Shown: positions 8,371 through 10,681 of the stretch, one piece after another
Position numbering within the stretch: the stretch's first letter is position 1
Layout: each line of letters begins with the position of its first letter
Assembly: GCF_000150275.1 (NCBI RefSeq)
Contig: NW_002061106.1
Span: 1-10,681 of the forward strand
From: Trichoplax adhaerens
Lineage: Eukaryota; Animalia; Placozoa
Length of the DNA: 10,681 nucleotides
Direction: 5' to 3'
The notes under the pieces: model-generated
Database searches by the model: none
What the model was told of the DNA's origin: nothing
The model's input: only the letters and a program-made list of their open reading frames with translations
Position numbers and translations under genes: made by a program

Positions 8371-9387
8371 AAATTGATCGAATATTTCCCCTGGATTATT
8401 TAATTTTTTATCCATATGCGGTATCAAAAGATTCCTGAATGATTTATCACTAATGGCTAACTTAACCAAAGCCAAAGCTTTAAAAGAAATATCAGGAGGA
8501 GCAAGTCTAATCTCTTTACTATTCTTGTTTACGTTCATCAATTTTTTGCTCAATTTGAGAGCAGCTTCTTTGATTGCTGCTTCTTCATCGACTCTAGGCC
8601 TTTTCTTTAAATTTTCATCTTTTGGAATTATAAGTTTATTTCTTTCGGGATCACAGTCTATGACGATGTTCGAATATTTCTTAGCTGTCTCTGAATATGC
8701 TTGTATTGATCGCTTAAATTCTTCTCTAGTTTCTCCTTGTTTAAATTTCTTGGTTTTCGTATTAAAATCTTCAAATGTAAATTCGTCATCTGGGTCAACA
8801 TCTGCGTCATCTAAATACTCGTCACCATCTTCTATATTTCGATTGGTAAAGAGCATGCATCGAATATCTTTTATATTAGCTGATAATATATTATTCCATG
8901 GCTCCTTTTTCGATTTCAATTTCATCCATGTATCAAAAAAATCAGCTAAACGGACATTTTGATCATTTTTTAAGAAAAAGTCTTTCTTTGAATAGGATTT
9001 ACTAGCGACTCCTTTCCTTTTCGAATCTTTACTAGTACTTGCAGTATTCGATGAATGGCTATCAGTATCGACTGTTTCTGCCGCATGCTTAGCTTGTACA
9101 AATATAATTCTATGGCCATAGTCTATTACTAAATCATCGAGATTGTGAGCCTCTTTTGCTTCGCTAGACATGATAAACTTACAATTGTCTGAATTAGCTC
9201 GATTCGCCACTAAAATTTGTAAAGCCAGCTGAAAGTCTATACCATGCTTAGTTTTTCGCAAGCCATCTGGTTTCAATTTTTCGTAATCACTTTCACGAAG
9301 ATTTTCGTTAGATCGTATTCCAGTCTCATTTATTGAGCTATCTAACGATCGAAATCCGCTATCATCTTCCATAACTACAATTTTCAA
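8335..9387 (-). CDS. N-terminal fragment: PD-(D/E)xK restriction-endonuclease-fold domain (Cap4/DUF4297/Mrr-like)
   Basis: Motif order HGIDFQ (from 9246) ... SSE ... LDDLV (9141-9127) ... IFVQAKH (QAKH 9096-9085) ... LFTN matches the G-x-x-[FY]-Q / E / DD / QxK pattern of Cap4/Mrr-like nucleases. The ORF track starts at TTG 9387; ATG 9372 (MEDDSG) is the more likely start. Confidence 0.75.
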   Translation of the reverse strand: MKIVVMEDDSGFRSLDSSINETGIRSNENLRESDYEKLKPDGLRKTKHGIDFQLALQILVANRANSDNCKFIMSSEAKEAHNLDDLVIDYGHRIIFVQAKHAAETVDTDSHSSNTASTSKDSKRKGVASKSYSKKDFFLKNDQNVRLADFFDTWMKLKSKKEPWNNILSANIKDIRCMLFTNRNIEDGDEYLDDADVDPDDEFTFEDFNTKTKKFKQGETREEFKRSIQAYSETAKKYSNIVIDCDPERNKLIIPKDENLKKRPRVDEEAAIKEAALKLSKKLMNVNKNSKEIRLAPPDISFKALALVKLAISDKSFRNLLIPHMDKKLNNPGEIFDQFKKKLLKIIKIN

Positions 9388-9489
9388 TTTTTTACATTCA
9401 TGCAGATATGTTGCGCTTATATGCGCAAATTGTCTTACGCTGTTCTTTCAATGCACGAGTGCTATATTTTGATAATTTTTAGTTTTATA

Positions 9490-10400
9490 TGACTAATACG
9501 ACGGATATTCAATACAAAAGATGAAGGAATGCGGAAGCTTTGCAACAAGAGAATGTATCTTAATTCACGAATTATATTTAATAAAATTGGTTTCCGATTT
9601 ATACATGTAGACAATGTGAACCTGCGTTCTCATCGAATTGAATAAGCACAATGGCGATTCGATTTTCTTATTTGCACGTTTAGTATAAAAGACGATGGAA
9701 TATGAAAGCTTTACAATGAAAGAAAGCAGCACAAATTATTGATTTCTTGTTGATAATGTTAGTAAATCATTTACATAAGAAGGCAGGCAATAAGTAGGTT
9801 CGTTCTCATCGTATTCAATGACGATAAAGGAGATTCGATTTTTATATAATAATAATCTTGCAATATAAATGACCAAGAAACCCTGCGACCTGTTTGAATA
9901 AGTAATTAAGCATCGATTAATAAGATGGGTTTGCATTGATTAACGGAATATTTGTTGTAAATAAAAACTGATATAAAAACATAATAACAAGTTACACCTC
10001 TTATTACGTGACCGTGGTTTATAAATGGTTAAATATACATTTAATATAACAAGATGAAGGAATGCGGAAGTTTTGCTAACGGAGAAAATAAAATACTGTA
10101 ACTAAAGGAACTAAAATCAGCGTGTCGTTGATAGATATTATGTTCGTATGTAATGTTACTGTACCAATATACTACAATAGATACGACAACAATGTAAACA
10201 TTAGGTTTCATCATATTAAAATATTTAATGATTATATTTGACGCAATAATAGTCTTGGAACATAAAAGATGAAAAACCTTGCAGCTTTCTTGAAGGAATA
10301 ATAAAGCGACATGTTAATGAGATGGGTTTGAATTTATCGATTGTATTCGCTATAAAAGTTAGTAGGAAAAGTGCTATAACAAAGTATACCGTTATGTTAC
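9490..10400 (+). repeat. Degenerate tandem array, family B, ~171-215 bp units, immediately 5' of the gene and running into the direct repeat
   Basis: The exact 20-mer AAGATGAAGGAATGCGGAAG occurs at 9518 and 10051 (=91), with variants at 9689, ~9869 and 10266 (=306). CGTTCTCATCG...GATTCGATTTT occurs at 9625 and 9801. TTAAT(A/G)AGATGGGTTTG has GATGGGTTTG at 9924 and 10321 (=361). Confidence 0.82.
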
Positions 10401-10681
10401 GATATGAGAGTTTAGCTGGAGATAATTTACAGTCATGAACTGTATTGTTAGCAAAAGAAATTAATAAATAACCGTACTTAAGCGATTATCGCTACGAGTA
10501 AATGAGAACTTTTTCCGGGAAATTTATGTCGATTTTCGACACTTAATTAATCAGTTTAATATTTAAACCTTTCTGATTAATAAAATATATTGACGATAGT
10601 TTCTTGCTGAAATGCGTTTCTTAATTGATTAGAAATCAGAAATAAGCATTTACTAGTTAGTTTTTTAAAGTCAAAACATGC
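9961..10681 (+). repeat. Long direct repeat, right copy (extent limited by window edge)
   Basis: 7 substitutions plus one 4-bp insertion relative to 1-717 (~99% identity); offset 9960 bp. Confidence 0.98.

Larger units (their letters stand above)
3903..9372 (-). pseudogene. Frameshifted single gene encoding a PD-(D/E)xK nuclease - NACHT/STAND NTPase - helical repeat protein (~1822 aa reconstructed)
   Basis: Manual translation joins the three ORFs. Adding one A in the A9 run (+ strand T9, 8362-8370) continues ORF 9387 as KIIKNNKDKLNCSAILCNAMEDEINQFLDEFIFKYEQPNCSQLEDLILKELGFHTNIGQQEVFYAVHKTM. Removing one base at ~8155-8149 gives (IQ or NT)WFSSLKTTYITAEVFKKAINVHFSNALRYH, which runs into ORF 8088. 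Removing one A at ~6226-6210 gives KKVTSTIGIPLESYIYCETMENQF, which runs into ORF 6158. First in-frame ATG at 9372, stop TAG at 3905-3903; 5470 nt +1 -1 -1 = 1823 codons including stop. True pseudogene versus sequencing error cannot be settled from this window. Confidence 0.85.

Noticed and set aside
8453-8962. 169-aa plus-strand ORF
   Set aside because: Antisense shadow of the nuclease ORF; its S/F/L-rich composition is what the reverse complement of E/K/D-rich codons gives.
3903-9387. Three-gene operon
   Set aside because: Junction frames carry continuous domain motifs (QPN segment, GIPL), showing one disrupted gene.
9736-9936. 66-aa minus-strand ORF
   Set aside because: Lies within degenerate family B repeats; short, with no recognisable motifs.
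1-10681. Autonomous LTR retrotransposon
   Set aside because: No gag, RT, RNase H or integrase; visible repeat ends are not TG...CA; no polypurine tract before 9961.

Overview
AT-rich window bracketed by a ~99%-identical direct repeat (1-717 vs 9961-10681; period 9960 bp). It is therefore one unit of a ~10 kb tandem array, an excisable direct-repeat-flanked segment, or a circular molecule. The three long minus-strand ORFs are pieces of ONE intronless gene (~9372 to 3903, ~1822 aa after repair) broken by three single-base frameshifts (~8362-8370, ~8144-8155, ~6210-6226). The hidden bridging frames carry motifs that fit the expected domain order. Reconstructed architecture: N-terminal PD-(D/E)xK (Cap4/Mrr-like, D...QxK) nuclease, a degenerate P-loop-like segment, a NACHT/STAND NTPase (ADAGHGKT, LLLDAFDE, ITTRP, GIPL), and a helical C-terminus with a ~300-aa internal repeat. 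This is an Avs/NLR-like 'nuclease-STAND-sensor' layout. Much of the non-coding remainder is built from two different, degenerate ~170-185 bp tandem repeat families: family A (~800-3190) and family B (~9490-10400, continued at ~1-440). No rRNA, tRNA, CRISPR, transposase or gag/pol was seen. Host is uncertain. Low coding density and no obvious Shine-Dalgarno suggest an arthropod-like eukaryotic genome or an associated virus/endosymbiont-derived element (inference only).
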